The notes under the pieces are model-generated. The model ran no database searches. It worked only from the letters and a program-made list of their open reading frames with translations, and was not told the origin of the DNA. A DNA stretch of 64,000 nt. Source: Phoronis australis (taxonomy: Eukaryota > Animalia > Phoronida). Made by a program: the position numbers and the translations under genes. This document shows positions 62,939 to 64,000 of this stretch, piece after piece; within the stretch, counting starts at the first letter, position 1, and each line of letters starts with the position of its first letter. The stretch lies in assembly GCA_002633005.1 (NCBI GenBank), contig NMRA01000016.1, positions 734,628-798,627 on the forward strand, in the 5' to 3' direction.

Positions 62939-64000
62939 CTGACGGTGCTGTGAACAAAGCGGAATCTGAATTCGCGGCCCCGACGAGTAAGTAGATTTGC
63001 AGTTTCGTAGCTAATTCACCAACATACAAGACGTGCACATTACTTTGGCTCACTAGTATAGTATTTTCCTGACTGGAAGTTTCGTTTCCAACTTTGGTTG
63101 GTTTATGTTCGTGATGTCTGATCAGTTTCCGAGCCACTGGTCGGGATAACGAGTCAATCCGGCCGGCCGCGACGGGCCTGACCGGGCTCCGAGCCACTGC
63201 CGGGCCAGGATAACGAGCGTTTTGCGTGTTTAGAACTCAAAAAATCAAAATTCTAAACAACACAGACTATGTTCTCCTGTCTGTATCTCACGGAAAAATA
63301 CTTCGAATTTATCTCCGAAAAGACCCCAAACTCCTGCTACGGACCTTATTGGAATGCCGAGCCGTTGTAGGCTACGGCCTTGTCCAAATACCAATAAATC
63401 CGTAACAGCGAAATAAAACAACACGTTTTTATACGAACTAGGTGTATTTTTAAGGGTTTTGCATCGAAATTTGATGATTTATTGGTGTAAAACGATGAAT
63501 TCAAGCGATAAGCTGACACCAGTAACCCGTGTTGTGAACTGCTGAACAGACTGCGTGTGAAACCAATTACGTCATTGGATAATTTCAAAACCTCAGTCTG
63601 CCGTCAGGTGTCAGGTAATGCAACCGCGCGTGCCGTTATGGAGTAGAACTACTCGATCTAAATTGATACAAATTAGGTTGTTTTTGGTTGGTATGCTCCT
63701 TTAATACGCTCTGCAAAATTTTTGCTGTACAAATTTTCTCGAATTTTCGAAATACATTTATGAATGGTTAAGTGTACATTTTCAAGAGCGCTTAGACGAC
63801 CTATGCTGCAAAAACGGAGACCCTAACAACAATTGTCCTGGTCAGGGCCCTCAAATGGTAAACCATACACTGATACCGAGTTTTCAAAGTTCTCTTAAGT
63901 TTTCTCTCTGATCAGTATTCGAAGTCTTTCCTTTTTGTCTTTCCCCATCCCCACACCTTTGTCGGTTGCCATGGTTTAACCCTGAGGCATGCAATTTTTT

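Overview
AT-rich, intron-rich metazoan DNA, most likely a marine invertebrate (a lophotrochozoan is suggested by the glutamate-receptor C-terminus; not provable here). It comes from a heterozygous draft assembly: four tandem 'duplications' are joined by a single N and there is a 65-N gap. Three spliced genes can be reconstructed by hand. (1) The first coding exon of a PP2A B'' regulatory subunit (PPP2R3B/PR70-like, minus strand, continuing off the left edge). (2) A nearly complete AMPA-type ionotropic glutamate receptor (plus strand, 16 coding exons, 28282-43120, ~890 aa; the signal-peptide exon was not found). (3) A complete RSRC1/SRrp53 (minus strand, 8 coding exons, 56691-47381, 295 aa). 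Introns and intergenic DNA carry a degenerate DIRS-like element, a HERO-like RLE non-LTR fragment, a Penelope-like element (RT + GIY-YIG, inverted 5' arm, hammerhead relic), a Kolobok-like deletion derivative, tRNA-derived SINEs and many MITEs with 3-, 5- and 6-bp TSDs. The most unusual object is a ~400-bp foldback at 30192-30592: a tRNA-derived Pol III head followed by a minimal Penelope-type hammerhead ribozyme, with an inverted copy of its own tail in front. That is the architecture of the Penelope element 2 kb away, so it is a candidate Penelope-mobilised, ribozyme-bearing SINE. Other points of note: a non-canonical agonist pocket and a GC-AG-controlled PDZ tail in the receptor, a candidate 27-nt poison exon in RSRC1, and a duplicated RSRC1 intron that preserves filled and empty transposon sites. 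All homology statements come from recalled family motifs, not from database searches.
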